Source of the DNA: Candidatus Babeliales bacterium
Lineage (GTDB): Bacteria; Babelota; Babeliae; Babelales; UASB340
Length of the DNA stretch: 64,000 nucleotides
Assembly: GCA_041650475.1 (NCBI GenBank)
Contig: JBAZLD010000005.1
Coordinates: forward strand, 623-64,622
Direction of reading: 5' to 3'
A program made the position numbers and the translations under genes. The notes beneath the pieces are model-generated. The model saw nothing but the letters and a program-made list of their open reading frames with translations, had not been told where the DNA came from and did not search any database. Numbering within the stretch: position 1 is the first letter of the stretch; every line of letters begins with the position of its first letter. Below, one piece after another: positions 52,165 to 62,502 of this stretch.

Positions 52165-53934
52165 ATGTCTTCAAAAAAATTTTTTAATAAAACATCAATT
52201 ATTTTATCTATTTTAATTTTCATAATAATTTTTATAACATTAGGAATTCCATATACAAATTGGTGGTTCAATGGTGATGATTTTCATGGCATATTTTTGG
52301 GCTTTAGAGCTCAATCTTTAAAAGATGTTTTTTATTTTTTTTATGATGGACATACAAATCAATATATTGGCCCATCAAACTTTAATTATAATTACACGCA
52401 AAAACCCGATTTTATGGGGGCATATTATAGACCATTATATTGCGTATATTTATCAATCCAATATTATTTATTTGGAACTAATGCCTACTATTATCTTTTA
52501 ACTAACGTTTTTTTTCACGCAATAAACACTGTAGTTTTATTTAATATTTTTTTATATTTTCTAAACTATTTTTCTGCATTTTTAGTAGCATTATTTTTTG
52601 CTTTTCATCCTCAAATTGGTTATAGATTCGGAGCAATAGTAAACCTGCATTATTATGTAAACGTCATGCTTATTCTTTTAACTATTTTAAGTTTTAAAAA
52701 ATATTTAGATTCGAAAAAAATAATTTTTAATATTCTTTCTTGTATATTATTTGCACTTTCACTTTTAACCCGAGAATCTAGCATAGTTTTGCCTATAATT
52801 ATATTTTTAGGCACATATTTGTATGAAAATAAATTTAATAATTTAAATTTTAAAAATTTTTTTTCAAAATTTTTTTATAATCTAAAAATAACTTCAGGAT
52901 TATTTATAACTTTAATAAGTTTTTTAATAACAAGAGCAATTTTATATCCAATTAATTTACATGCGGTCAGCCCTGCAAGCATTTCAATTAAAAAAATAAT
53001 TTTCTCAAAATTTCCACAGGTTCAAGTTTTTATATACGATTTATTTGGCTTATCATGGCTACCATGGGGACATAAAACTTTGCGAGCAATAATTATAGTC
53101 TCAATATTTTCTTTACTAACTTGGCTTTTTATAAAAAATTCTAAAAAAATATATTTTTTATATTTTTTAATTTGCACGTTTTTAATGCTCTGGCCAGGAA
53201 TAATTAGTTATTATAGCCCAAGATATTTTTATGAAGTTGCACCGTTTGCTTTAATAATGTTTATTTTTTTGTTCAAATTTTATTCAGGTAAATTAATTTT
53301 TTTCAAAAATATTTTTTTAATATTTTTATCTTTTTTTATTTGTTTTCTTATTTTTTTTGATATTCATTGTTTTTTACGTCGAGAAAAAAAGATGCAAATT
53401 CTAGCTCAAGCAACTCAAAAACTTACTCAAAATTTAGAGATAAAAAATAGAGCTCTTTGTTTTCTAGCACATCCACTAGATGGATTTGGTGATCACCCTG
53501 CAGATATTTTTTGGATTTTATTTAATAATAAAAATAAAGAAACACCAATATACTGCGATAATTCTGCTGTGCTTTTTCAGGCAGATTCCAATATTGTAAA
53601 AACTACAAAATGGGCCAATATTGTAAGTAAATATTACTCCAAAAATTATTTTACAATAACAAATATAAAAACAGGTACAAAAAATATTTTTAAATTTAGC
53701 TCTTTAAATTCAAATAAAATAATATTTTTCCCAGAATACATAGAAAGTTCACTGGGACAAAAAATAATAACTAAAACAGAAAAAATAAATAACACTCAAG
53801 TTACAACAGAATTTACTCTTGAAATAAAAGAAAAATATTTAAAAACTAATCCAGTTTTTATTGCTTGGGATTATGAAAATAAAGAGTTTAAAATTCTAGA
53901 TTCTTCTTCTATTAATAAATCTAAAATTTCATAA
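52165..53934 (+). CDS. GT-C fold membrane glycosyltransferase, PMT/TMTC-like
   Basis: 589 aa with more than 10 TM helices. The first-loop acidic motif is WFNGDDFHG, followed by YYRPLY...FGTNAYYYLLTNVFFHAINTVVLFNIF, as in PMT_2/TMTC-type enzymes. Confidence 0.55.
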   Translation: MSSKKFFNKTSIILSILIFIIIFITLGIPYTNWWFNGDDFHGIFLGFRAQSLKDVFYFFYDGHTNQYIGPSNFNYNYTQKPDFMGAYYRPLYCVYLSIQYYLFGTNAYYYLLTNVFFHAINTVVLFNIFLYFLNYFSAFLVALFFAFHPQIGYRFGAIVNLHYYVNVMLILLTILSFKKYLDSKKIIFNILSCILFALSLLTRESSIVLPIIIFLGTYLYENKFNNLNFKNFFSKFFYNLKITSGLFITLISFLITRAILYPINLHAVSPASISIKKIIFSKFPQVQVFIYDLFGLSWLPWGHKTLRAIIIVSIFSLLTWLFIKNSKKIYFLYFLICTFLMLWPGIISYYSPRYFYEVAPFALIMFIFLFKFYSGKLIFFKNIFLIFLSFFICFLIFFDIHCFLRREKKMQILAQATQKLTQNLEIKNRALCFLAHPLDGFGDHPADIFWILFNNKNKETPIYCDNSAVLFQADSNIVKTTKWANIVSKYYSKNYFTITNIKTGTKNIFKFSSLNSNKIIFFPEYIESSLGQKIITKTEKINNTQVTTEFTLEIKEKYLKTNPVFIAWDYENKEFKILDSSSINKSKIS

Positions 53935-54854
53935 AAATCTTTATTATAAATCCAACCAAGATCTTTTTTTATCTCCGAATTATCTCCCAAAGTATGTTCT
54001 ATATCGCAAATTCTATAAAGATCTTTATCAACATAAATCTTATTTTTATTAATATTTAATTTAGCAAAAACATAGAAAACTATATCTTGCAAGCTTATAG
54101 ATTTACCTGAACTAATTATAAAATCTTCAGGCCTATCATTTTGTAACATTAGATACATAGCTTGTACATAATCAGGCGCATAACCAAGATCTCTTTTTAT
54201 ATTCAAATTACCCACTATTAATTTTTCTCTTTTGTTATTTTTAATTTCTAAGGCCTGTTTTATAACTTTTTTTACAAAAAAATTTTCACCTCGTAAATAA
54301 GATTCATGATTAAAAAGTATACCTGAACAAGCAAAGATTTTATAAATAACTCTATAATTTAATGTAATTAAATGCGCTGATACTTTTGAAATAGAGTATG
54401 CATTTAATGGTCTAAACTGTGTATTTTCTGTTACTGGCAATTTATCAGCAACCCCAAACATTTCACAGCTTGATGCCTGAAAAAATCTAGTTTTAAAACT
54501 AAATAATCTTATAGATTCCAGAACATTTATCACAGAATTTATGTTAAATTTTAAAGTAATTTCCGGCTCTCTTAAAGACAAATCAACAGAACTTTGTGCA
54601 GCAAAATTATAAATCTCATCTGGTTTATATTTTTTTATAATATTAATTACTTGAGTCAAATTTAATAAGTCACAATTTTCAAAAATTATTTTATTTTTTA
54701 TTTTTAAATATTCTAACTTACTATAATCATCATTATCTCTGACAAGACCTATAATTTTATAATTTTTATTTAACAAAAATTGTGATAAATAAGCGCCATC
54801 CTGTCCTGTTATACCTGTTATAAGTGCAATTTTTGACTTTACTAAATCTTGCAT
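53871..54854 (-). CDS. gmd: GDP-mannose 4,6-dehydratase
   Basis: 327 aa. It contains ALITGITGQDGAYLSQFLLNKNY, the catalytic YSISK and GILFNHESYLRGENFVxKK, which are GMD blocks. Confidence 0.85.
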   Translation of the reverse strand: MQDLVKSKIALITGITGQDGAYLSQFLLNKNYKIIGLVRDNDDYSKLEYLKIKNKIIFENCDLLNLTQVINIIKKYKPDEIYNFAAQSSVDLSLREPEITLKFNINSVINVLESIRLFSFKTRFFQASSCEMFGVADKLPVTENTQFRPLNAYSISKVSAHLITLNYRVIYKIFACSGILFNHESYLRGENFFVKKVIKQALEIKNNKREKLIVGNLNIKRDLGYAPDYVQAMYLMLQNDRPEDFIISSGKSISLQDIVFYVFAKLNINKNKIYVDKDLYRICDIEHTLGDNSEIKKDLGWIYNKDFYEILDLLIEEESRILNSLFS

Positions 54855-54863
54855 AATATTTTT

Positions 54864-56093
54864 TTAAATTTGCCTATAAATTTCCTTACTACTCCAACAT
54901 CTACGAATTGGCTCAAAGCTATTAATAATACTTATAATATTTTCTAAATAATTTTGCGAATCCCAACTTGCGGCTTTTTCAAAGCCTTTTTGAATAAGAG
55001 AATTTCTTAGATTTTCAGATTCATATAACTCTTTTATTTTTTCAGCCAATTCTATTTCAGATTTAGGATCAAACAATAGCGCAGCATCTTTTAATTGATA
55101 TTGAGATCCAGAAACTTTTGCTGCAATTACAGGACATTTTAATGCAAAACTTTCTAATGGTGGTATATTGTCTGGACCAAAAAAAGATGGAAAAACTAAT
55201 GCAAAAGCATTTTTATAAAGATTTATTAAATCTTTAATTTCAACAAAATTTAAAAAATAAACTTTATTTTCTAAATTTAACTCTTTTGTTTTTTGTTTTA
55301 TATAATTTAAATTACCTTTATCAGAACCCGTAAATACAATATTAAAATCTAAATTATATTTTTCTTTTAAAATTCTTAAGGCTAACAATATTAAAATATG
55401 ATTTTTATGCGGCCAAAATTGCGCGGGATAAAATAAGTAGTTTTTTTTTAATAAATTAAATTTATCAAAAATATTTTCACTATAATTAAAATTATTTAAA
55501 ACAAAATCAGGTGTCGGCAAAGCCAAAGTTTTTATTCTTTCTTCTGGCATACCATAAAAATTAATAATCTCTTTTTTGCCAGCTTGATTGCCAATAATAA
55601 TATAAGCGGCTCTTTTAATAGCTAAATTATATCTCTCTTCTCTATCTTCAAATTTCCATCCAGTAACACTTACCTCAGGAAAATAACTTTGCAATCTATG
55701 TTGCAAATCCCAAACAGTATAAATATATGGAATTTCAACAAATTCAAAAGCTGGCGTTACAAACCACATAAATTCAATTTTATTTTCTAAAACAGCTTTA
55801 TTTAATGGATTTTTATAATTTTTCTTTAAAAAATATCTTTTTACTTTTCTGGGCAATCTAAATAAATTTTTTAGAAAAAAACTTTCAGTAATATCAGAAT
55901 AATATCGTTCTAGTTTTACAAATTTAATATTAGAATTTTTTTCAAATTTATCCGCATCATCTGCAAATACATAAAATTCATGATTAGATTTAATTTTTTG
56001 TAAAACATTTAAAATACTTTGTTGAAAAGTATAACCTCCACCAGATTTCGAATCAGTAAGAATAAATTTTCCAAAATAAATGCCAATTTTCAT
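54864..56093 (-). CDS. GT4-family (GT-B) glycosyltransferase
   Basis: The track ORF is trimmed to MKIGIYFGKF (ATG at 56093). The C-terminal block is LVFPSFFGPDNIPPLESFALKCPVIAAKVSG, an E-x7-E type motif. Confidence 0.75.
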   Translation of the reverse strand: MKIGIYFGKFILTDSKSGGGYTFQQSILNVLQKIKSNHEFYVFADDADKFEKNSNIKFVKLERYYSDITESFFLKNLFRLPRKVKRYFLKKNYKNPLNKAVLENKIEFMWFVTPAFEFVEIPYIYTVWDLQHRLQSYFPEVSVTGWKFEDREERYNLAIKRAAYIIIGNQAGKKEIINFYGMPEERIKTLALPTPDFVLNNFNYSENIFDKFNLLKKNYLFYPAQFWPHKNHILILLALRILKEKYNLDFNIVFTGSDKGNLNYIKQKTKELNLENKVYFLNFVEIKDLINLYKNAFALVFPSFFGPDNIPPLESFALKCPVIAAKVSGSQYQLKDAALLFDPKSEIELAEKIKELYESENLRNSLIQKGFEKAASWDSQNYLENIISIINSFEPIRRCWSSKEIYRQI

Positions 56094-56095
56094 GA

Positions 56096-56845
56096 TCAAA
56101 TTTTTCTGCAAATAAAAGAGACTCCCCAAGAGTTAAGAGTTGGGGTATCACCAGAAAGCCATTCTTGATAATCAAGAAGTTCAAAATTATTATTTTTTAA
56201 AAAAAATTCTAACTCTGGCTTAAAAAAATATCGCATTTTATGCGTTTCTTTAAATTCTTTAACTGTATTATTTAATTTATCAATTATAAGTATTTGATAA
56301 TTTACATCAACAATATTGTTATTAAAATCAATTTTGGGTTCAGCTATTCTTGTTAATAAAATATTTTCATCTTCAAATCTTTTAACTCTAGTTTCAGGCT
56401 TACAATTCAAAACTGCAGGGCCGTACCAGACATCAAAAATAAAAATACCATTTTTATCTAACAAAACATTTTGTAAATCCTGATTGTTAGTTTGATAACT
56501 TATGACATGAAAAAGAGATAATACTAAATCAAATTTTTTATTCAAATTTACATTTCTAATATCACCTAGATAAAAATTAAATCTGTTAGATAAATTTTTA
56601 TGTTCTTTTACCCTCTTTTGGGCTTTATTAATCATCTCTTGGCTTATATCAACACCAAAAATATTTAATTCTTTTTCTGCCAATAAAATGGCATGTTTGC
56701 CTGTACCACAACCAAGTTCTAAAATATTTTGAGCATCTTTTTTATATTTTTTGATTAAATTATAAATATATTCTGTTTCAGCATTATAATCTTTATCGTG
56801 ATATAATAAATCATAATAAAAAGCATAATCTTTAAATACACTCAC
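56096..56845 (-). CDS. Class I SAM-dependent methyltransferase
   Basis: 249 aa. Motif I is ILELGCGTGKHAILLAE, with a later FDLVLSLFHVISY block. Confidence 0.8.
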   Translation of the reverse strand: MSVFKDYAFYYDLLYHDKDYNAETEYIYNLIKKYKKDAQNILELGCGTGKHAILLAEKELNIFGVDISQEMINKAQKRVKEHKNLSNRFNFYLGDIRNVNLNKKFDLVLSLFHVISYQTNNQDLQNVLLDKNGIFIFDVWYGPAVLNCKPETRVKRFEDENILLTRIAEPKIDFNNNIVDVNYQILIIDKLNNTVKEFKETHKMRYFFKPELEFFLKNNNFELLDYQEWLSGDTPTLNSWGVSFICRKI

Positions 56846-58028
56846 CCAAAATCTCCTTAAAAATTTCGCAAACTTTTAATATTTGTTCTTCTTGCAAATT
56901 TAAACCACTAGGAAGATAAAAACCTCTTCGTGCCATATTTTGAGCAACAGGATAATTCTGGTCATTAAATAAATCCATCTTTTTAAAAACAGGTTGCTCA
57001 TGCATGCACCAAAAAAAGGGCCTTGTGCCAACACCTCTATTTTGTAATTTTTGCATTATTTCTTGCGCATCAAATTTAATTTTATTTTTTAATACTAGCC
57101 CATAAACCCAATATATATTTTGTGCATACTCAGTTTTAACTAATGGCAACTGCAAAATATCAGATAAGCTTTGTAAATTTTCTGTATATAATTTGCCTAT
57201 CCAACGTTTTTTATTTACAGTTTCATCTAATTTTTCTAGTTGCGCTAAACCGAGCGCTGCCTGCATATTTGTAATTCTATAATTAAAACCAAGTTCATCA
57301 TGAACAAATCTTCTTTCTGGTTTAAAACAAAGATTACGCAGCGACTGGCATTTCTGTGCTAACTCTTGGTTATCTGTTACTATCATACCACCTTCACCGG
57401 TTGTAATATGTTTGTTCGCATAAAAGCTAAAGGTACTAATATCACCAAAAGAACCACACTTTTTATTTTTATAAATTTGGCCATGCATTTCAGCGGCATC
57501 TTCAATTATTTTTAAATCATATTTTTTTGCTAACTCTAAAATTGGATCCATATCTACAGGTAAACCATAAAGATGCACGACCATTATCGCTTTTGTATTT
57601 TTTGTAATTTTTTTTTCAATTTGATTTACATCCATGTTCCAGATTTCTGGATCACTATCTATCAAAACTATTTTTAGACCAGCTCTTACAATTGCAGCTG
57701 CGCAAGAAATAATAGTAAAAGTCGGCATTATAACTTCTGAGCCTCTTGGCAAATCAAGTGCCAAAACCGCTAAATCCAAAGCAACAGAACCATTGCAAAC
57801 AGCAATTCCGTATTTTCTATCAACCTTTTTTGCAAATTTTTCTTCAAATTCTTTTATAAATGGCCCATCAGAAGATATCCAACCAGAATCTATGCATTCG
57901 TTTAAATATTTTTTCTCGTTGCCAGATAATACTGGTGTATTAACAGATATAAAAAAATTATTATTATTTTTATTTTCGTTTTTATTTTTTATATCTAGAT
58001 TTCTATCTTTAATATCACAGATTTGCAT
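56832..58028 (-). CDS. DegT/DnrJ/EryC1-family PLP-dependent sugar aminotransferase (perosamine-synthase-like)
   Basis: 398 aa. It contains GNEKKYLNECIDSGWISS, GIAVCNGSVALDLA and the PLP-lysine block FSFYANKHITTGEGGMIV. Confidence 0.8.
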   Translation of the reverse strand: MQICDIKDRNLDIKNKNENKNNNNFFISVNTPVLSGNEKKYLNECIDSGWISSDGPFIKEFEEKFAKKVDRKYGIAVCNGSVALDLAVLALDLPRGSEVIMPTFTIISCAAAIVRAGLKIVLIDSDPEIWNMDVNQIEKKITKNTKAIMVVHLYGLPVDMDPILELAKKYDLKIIEDAAEMHGQIYKNKKCGSFGDISTFSFYANKHITTGEGGMIVTDNQELAQKCQSLRNLCFKPERRFVHDELGFNYRITNMQAALGLAQLEKLDETVNKKRWIGKLYTENLQSLSDILQLPLVKTEYAQNIYWVYGLVLKNKIKFDAQEIMQKLQNRGVGTRPFFWCMHEQPVFKKMDLFNDQNYPVAQNMARRGFYLPSGLNLQEEQILKVCEIFKEILGECI

Positions 58029-58036
58029 AGTTTCAC

Positions 58037-58492
58037 CTATTTAATTTTTATTATTTCTTCACCTACTCCATCAAATCTAGTTTTGTCTTGCTCCCCTGCA
58101 TATGGCCCTTGTTTAACTTCTATCATTTGTGTTTTTTCTAAAAATTTAAATCCATGTCCACCACTAGCAAGCAAAATCACATCACCAGGCTCTAAAATTC
58201 TGCTTTCAAGATAATTTTTATTATCATCATAAAAATCAACTCTTACTTTTCCTGTTTTTATAAATAAAACTTCTTTTGTAAAAAAAACTTGTCTTGATAC
58301 TGAATTGTGCACATGTGGTTGTATAACTTTATTTTTATCGTGTTGCATAAAAGCCAATTGTTGAGAAAAATCATCCGGTGTAAAAAAAGAAATACCTTCT
58401 TTTTCATAATTATTTTTTATAATTATAGAAATTATTTGATCTTTATTTTTTATTATTTCAAGCATAAATTTTTCATCTAAACTTCTAACCAA
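58037..58492 (-). CDS. Cupin-fold protein (WbuC / sugar ketoisomerase-like)
   Basis: 151 aa. It has the His-containing beta-barrel motifs QPHVHN and GGHGFKFL, and sits inside a sugar-modification cluster. Confidence 0.45.
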   Translation of the reverse strand: MVRSLDEKFMLEIIKNKDQIISIIIKNNYEKEGISFFTPDDFSQQLAFMQHDKNKVIQPHVHNSVSRQVFFTKEVLFIKTGKVRVDFYDDNKNYLESRILEPGDVILLASGGHGFKFLEKTQMIEVKQGPYAGEQDKTRFDGVGEEIIKIK

Positions 58493-59388
58493 TCTAAATT
58501 TTCAACAGCAGGTAAACGATTTTTTATTCCATCTAAAGCTTGAGGATGAGATAAACAATCTTTTATGGAAAGTGTAGGAATTGTTTCTTCCGCTATACCT
58601 TTTCTTAAAAAGAAAGCATTAAATCCATATTTATTACATCCTACCAAACGATAACCTTTTTTTTCTGCTAATTTAACATAAGCCGGCAAAGAGGCCCCCA
58701 TAAAATCTTTGTGTACATCAAATCTATTAAAATCTTTCTTGTATGGCACAGTAACAGACTTTTTATCTCCCCATATATTATGATACTCAACTAAAACAAG
58801 CCTGGGATTAACAACTTTCAAATTATTCCAAATCCAATAATCAATCCCATCAATATCCAAAGATAAAAAATCTATAGATCCAGTAAAATCATTTTCCAGT
58901 AAAATTTCGTTAATATTTTCACCTGTAACCCATTTATTAATAATTTTAGGGGGATAAATTACTGTATCAGGATGAGTATTAAAAAATTTTTCGCCATATT
59001 TTTTTTCATTTTCATCGCCACAAACAAGTAATCCTGTAAAATTCCAATTAGTTAGCAGATTAGTGGTATTAGCTCCATAAGGAGAAGCAAAAGCTATATC
59101 TAAACATTTTTTATTTTCAAAACCTATTAAAGAAAATAAATAAAGCAATATACCATCTTCATCATTTTGAGAATAAATTCTAAAACCAACATCCCTTATA
59201 TCAGGTAAAATTTTTTTTTCATTCAATAGTTCTTTATAGTAAAAAAATAATCTTCTTTGTTCAGCCTGTGATGTTTGATTATGTAAAATACGTGATATAT
59301 TATTATGTTGATTTTGTCTTTTTTTATATTCATCAAATATGATGTTTAAAAATCTTTCAATAATTTTTTTTAAAAATTTTTTTATCAT
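58477..59388 (-). CDS. Hypothetical protein, possibly an FkbM-like methyltransferase
   Basis: 303 aa. IDFLSLDIDGIDYWIWNNL...PRLVLVEYH resembles the FkbM C-terminal block. The match is weak. Confidence 0.4.
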   Translation of the reverse strand: MIKKFLKKIIERFLNIIFDEYKKRQNQHNNISRILHNQTSQAEQRRLFFYYKELLNEKKILPDIRDVGFRIYSQNDEDGILLYLFSLIGFENKKCLDIAFASPYGANTTNLLTNWNFTGLLVCGDENEKKYGEKFFNTHPDTVIYPPKIINKWVTGENINEILLENDFTGSIDFLSLDIDGIDYWIWNNLKVVNPRLVLVEYHNIWGDKKSVTVPYKKDFNRFDVHKDFMGASLPAYVKLAEKKGYRLVGCNKYGFNAFFLRKGIAEETIPTLSIKDCLSHPQALDGIKNRLPAVENLDWLEV

Positions 59389-59396
59389 AATATCCT

Positions 59397-60245
59397 CTAA
59401 ATTTTAAAACCTTTTTTCTTTAAAACACATAAATGCATATGATTATGCATAAACGGAATTTTAGACAAAATTTTATTAACAAATTTTCCAAATTTACTCA
59501 AAGTAAACTGCCAATCTTTAAAATAGACTAATGGTGGTCCAAATATATGAAATAAACCATCAACATGTGCTATAGGTTTACTCTCAATAATATCAAAACC
59601 ACTTTTTTTACAAATATTTATAAATTGCTTTGGAGTAAATCTATATTCAAAAAATTTTCCAATTTGTGGATCAATATAATAAGAAAATTTCTTTCCGTTA
59701 TACTTTAGTTCTTTTTTTTTAAAAATTTTTCTTATTAAATTATATTTTCTAAAATCAAAAAAACTAAAAAAATATAAACTTTTTCTTATAAAATTAAAAC
59801 TTGGCACTGTAACTATGGCTATACCGCCCGGCTTTAAACAATTATACATAGAAAGCATAGGCTCAATCGATCCATTTTCAAAATGTTCAATAACTCCATA
59901 ACTTAAAATTACATCAAAATAATTTTTTTCATAAGGCATATTCAAAATATTACCATGTATAACATTAAGCTCTGGAAAAAAATTATTCAAATAAACAACA
60001 GAATCTTTGTTTAATTCGATACCACAAATATTTTTATAACCTTTATCATAAAAATATTTTACAGCTCTACCAAGACCACAGCCAGCCTCTAAAATTTTTA
60101 GATCTTTATCATTAAGATATTTTAGAGTAAAAAGAATTTCATCATCTTTTTCACAAGATTTTAGTAAGAAATCAAAATCTCTATTATCCCAATTAAAAAT
60201 TATACTCTGATTATTTTGTTTTGGAGCTTCTTTATTAATTGGCAT
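59397..60245 (-). CDS. Class I SAM-dependent methyltransferase
   Basis: 282 aa. Motif I is ILEAGCGLGRAVKYF, with a later FDVILSYGVIEHF block. Confidence 0.8.
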   Translation of the reverse strand: MPINKEAPKQNNQSIIFNWDNRDFDFLLKSCEKDDEILFTLKYLNDKDLKILEAGCGLGRAVKYFYDKGYKNICGIELNKDSVVYLNNFFPELNVIHGNILNMPYEKNYFDVILSYGVIEHFENGSIEPMLSMYNCLKPGGIAIVTVPSFNFIRKSLYFFSFFDFRKYNLIRKIFKKKELKYNGKKFSYYIDPQIGKFFEYRFTPKQFINICKKSGFDIIESKPIAHVDGLFHIFGPPLVYFKDWQFTLSKFGKFVNKILSKIPFMHNHMHLCVLKKKGFKI

Positions 60246-60249
60246 TTCA

Positions 60250-61416
60250 TTATTCTCCCACTACTTTATTAATAAAATTTTTCATGTTTTTTGAAAAATT
60301 CTCTCTAGAAAATTCTCCCAAAGCATAACTCTGACATTGGGCTATTTGATTTTTTAATCCGTACTCATCTAAATTAAATGCTTTAAAAATACTTTTCTCT
60401 ATTTCTTCCATAGAACAATTTTCTAAATATATCCCACAATTTTCAGGCAAATTCATTCCTGTATTTCTACTGATTATTGGAAATAACCCCAATTGCAGAC
60501 AAGTTGCCACCGATGGCGAAATACCCTCACTACAAGAAGGAGCAATGAAAGCAAAAAGATTTTTTAATATTTTTAAAAATTTTTCACTATTAGGCTCTAA
60601 ATAACCATGATATTTAATATTCTCAAATTCAGTGAGTTCTTTTTGGTATATATTCCAAAAGTCTTTTTCTTTTTCAACAGCACCAACAACATTAAGTACT
60701 AAATTTTTATTTTTAGAAAAAACTTCCAAAACTAAATCAAGACCTTTATGAACTGCTCCTGAACCGAAAAACCATAAAAACTCCCTTTTTTCTGATACAT
60801 AGCTTTCTTTAGATTTTATATATTCTAACTTAGATGCTGAAACAGTAACTTTAGTTATTTTATCTTTATATTTTTTGGGAAAAGTATTTAAGACAAAATC
60901 ATTGCCAATTAAAGAACAATAATCGGCAAATTTTAAAGATCTATCAAAAAGTTCCAAATAAGAATCTATTCTTCTAGGAGAACAATACATATCACGTCTT
61001 TTTTCTAATTCTTCGATTCTTTTTATTTCTGCTTCATTTTGAAACCTTGGATAACTGCCTGTAATATGCAAAATTTTTTTACACGAACTATCTAAATATG
61101 GCATAAAATTTTGCAAATTTTGATGAATATCCAAAACAACATCATATTTTTTATCAGGTACAAATTTATCTGAATAATTTATCGCATCTACAATATAATT
61201 TTTTTGTAAAAAAATATTTATAATCTCTCTACATTCCCAATTATTACTATGGCCATTAAATCGTTCATCTTTTTTATTCCATAATGCTGGAGCTTTTAGA
61301 TAACTAATAAGAGCTCTTTTCGCAGAATTTTTGTTTTCAGGATAAAGAGTAACAACTCTATTTTGAAAATCAGAATTAAAGCTTAAATTTTTTTTAAAAA
61401 AATTAATTATATTCAT
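60250..61416 (-). CDS. GT-B fold glycosyltransferase (GT1/GT4-like)
   Basis: 388 aa. The C-terminal block is FIAPSCSEGISPSVATCLQLGLFPIISRNTG. Confidence 0.6.
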   Translation of the reverse strand: MNIINFFKKNLSFNSDFQNRVVTLYPENKNSAKRALISYLKAPALWNKKDERFNGHSNNWECREIINIFLQKNYIVDAINYSDKFVPDKKYDVVLDIHQNLQNFMPYLDSSCKKILHITGSYPRFQNEAEIKRIEELEKRRDMYCSPRRIDSYLELFDRSLKFADYCSLIGNDFVLNTFPKKYKDKITKVTVSASKLEYIKSKESYVSEKREFLWFFGSGAVHKGLDLVLEVFSKNKNLVLNVVGAVEKEKDFWNIYQKELTEFENIKYHGYLEPNSEKFLKILKNLFAFIAPSCSEGISPSVATCLQLGLFPIISRNTGMNLPENCGIYLENCSMEEIEKSIFKAFNLDEYGLKNQIAQCQSYALGEFSRENFSKNMKNFINKVVGE

Positions 61417-62477
61417 AAAAGAGATTTTTCTTTAATATTTTTTTTTGAAAAAATATTACTCTTATTCCCATAATATAAATTCAACCAGTTCCATATCTTT
61501 TTAATACCATCTTGATAATTTATTTCAGGAACAAAATTTAATAATTTTAAAGCTTTAGAATTATCAGAAATAAAAACAAATTGATCTCCTGGCCTCCATT
61601 CTCCAAAATTATATTTAATATCACTTAAAGTAATTTGTTTTAAATAATCAAAAAATTGTAATAAAGATAGAGCATTATTTTTTCCACCACCCATATTAAA
61701 AGCACTACCCTTAACTTTATCTATATTATTCAAAATACAATCATAAAATCTAACTAAATCTGCAACATATAAAACATCACGAACTTGTTTGCCATTTCCA
61801 TAAATAGTAATTTGTTTACCTGTCAAAATAGCTATAATAAACCAGGCAATCCAACCTTGATCTTCAATTCCAAACTGATGAGGCCCATAAATACATGATT
61901 GCCTTACACTTACGGTTTTTAATCCATAAATACGTGCATAATCCAATGTATATTGATCAGCTATACCCTTAGAACATCCATACGGAGAATAAAAATCTAA
62001 ATTTTGTTTTTCAGATACACCTATAAAATTTTTATCTTCATAACCATAATATGTTTCATTTTCGATAACATTTTTATCATAAATTTTGCCATAAACTTTA
62101 TTTGTAGATGCATTTATAAAGATTGCATTCTCATTAAATTTTCTAACACATTCAAGCAAATTAAAAGTTCCCAACGCATTAATATTAAAATCATTTCGTG
62201 GGTCCTGCACAGAGGTGGTAACTGCAACTTGACCAGCCAAATGTATTATGGCATCAAAACTATGTGTTTTAAAATAAGATTCTAGTGATAAATTATCTGT
62301 TATATCTAACTTGGTAAAATTGAAAAAAATATTATTCTCTTGTAACCACTTAAGATTAATTTTAGCTGTTTGCCTTGAAAGATTATCTATTACAAAAACA
62401 TCATAGCCTTTAGAAACAAAATATTGAACAGCATTGCAACCAATAAAACCAACCCCACCGGTTATCAAAATTTTCAT
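61413..62477 (-). CDS. NAD-dependent sugar epimerase/dehydratase (extended SDR)
   Basis: 354 aa. It has the Rossmann motif MKILITGGVGFIGCN and the catalytic YGCSK (YxxxK). Confidence 0.85.
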   Translation of the reverse strand: MKILITGGVGFIGCNAVQYFVSKGYDVFVIDNLSRQTAKINLKWLQENNIFFNFTKLDITDNLSLESYFKTHSFDAIIHLAGQVAVTTSVQDPRNDFNINALGTFNLLECVRKFNENAIFINASTNKVYGKIYDKNVIENETYYGYEDKNFIGVSEKQNLDFYSPYGCSKGIADQYTLDYARIYGLKTVSVRQSCIYGPHQFGIEDQGWIAWFIIAILTGKQITIYGNGKQVRDVLYVADLVRFYDCILNNIDKVKGSAFNMGGGKNNALSLLQFFDYLKQITLSDIKYNFGEWRPGDQFVFISDNSKALKLLNFVPEINYQDGIKKIWNWLNLYYGNKSNIFSKKNIKEKSLL

Positions 62478-62502
62478 TTTTCCCCTTTTATTTCAAATAT
62501 TT

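Noticed and set aside
57634-58214. Plus-strand ORFs 57634-58044 and 58023-58214 opposite the aminotransferase and cupin genes
   Set aside because: They are antisense to genes with clear family motifs (the DegT PLP-lysine block and the cupin His motifs) and have no motifs of their own.
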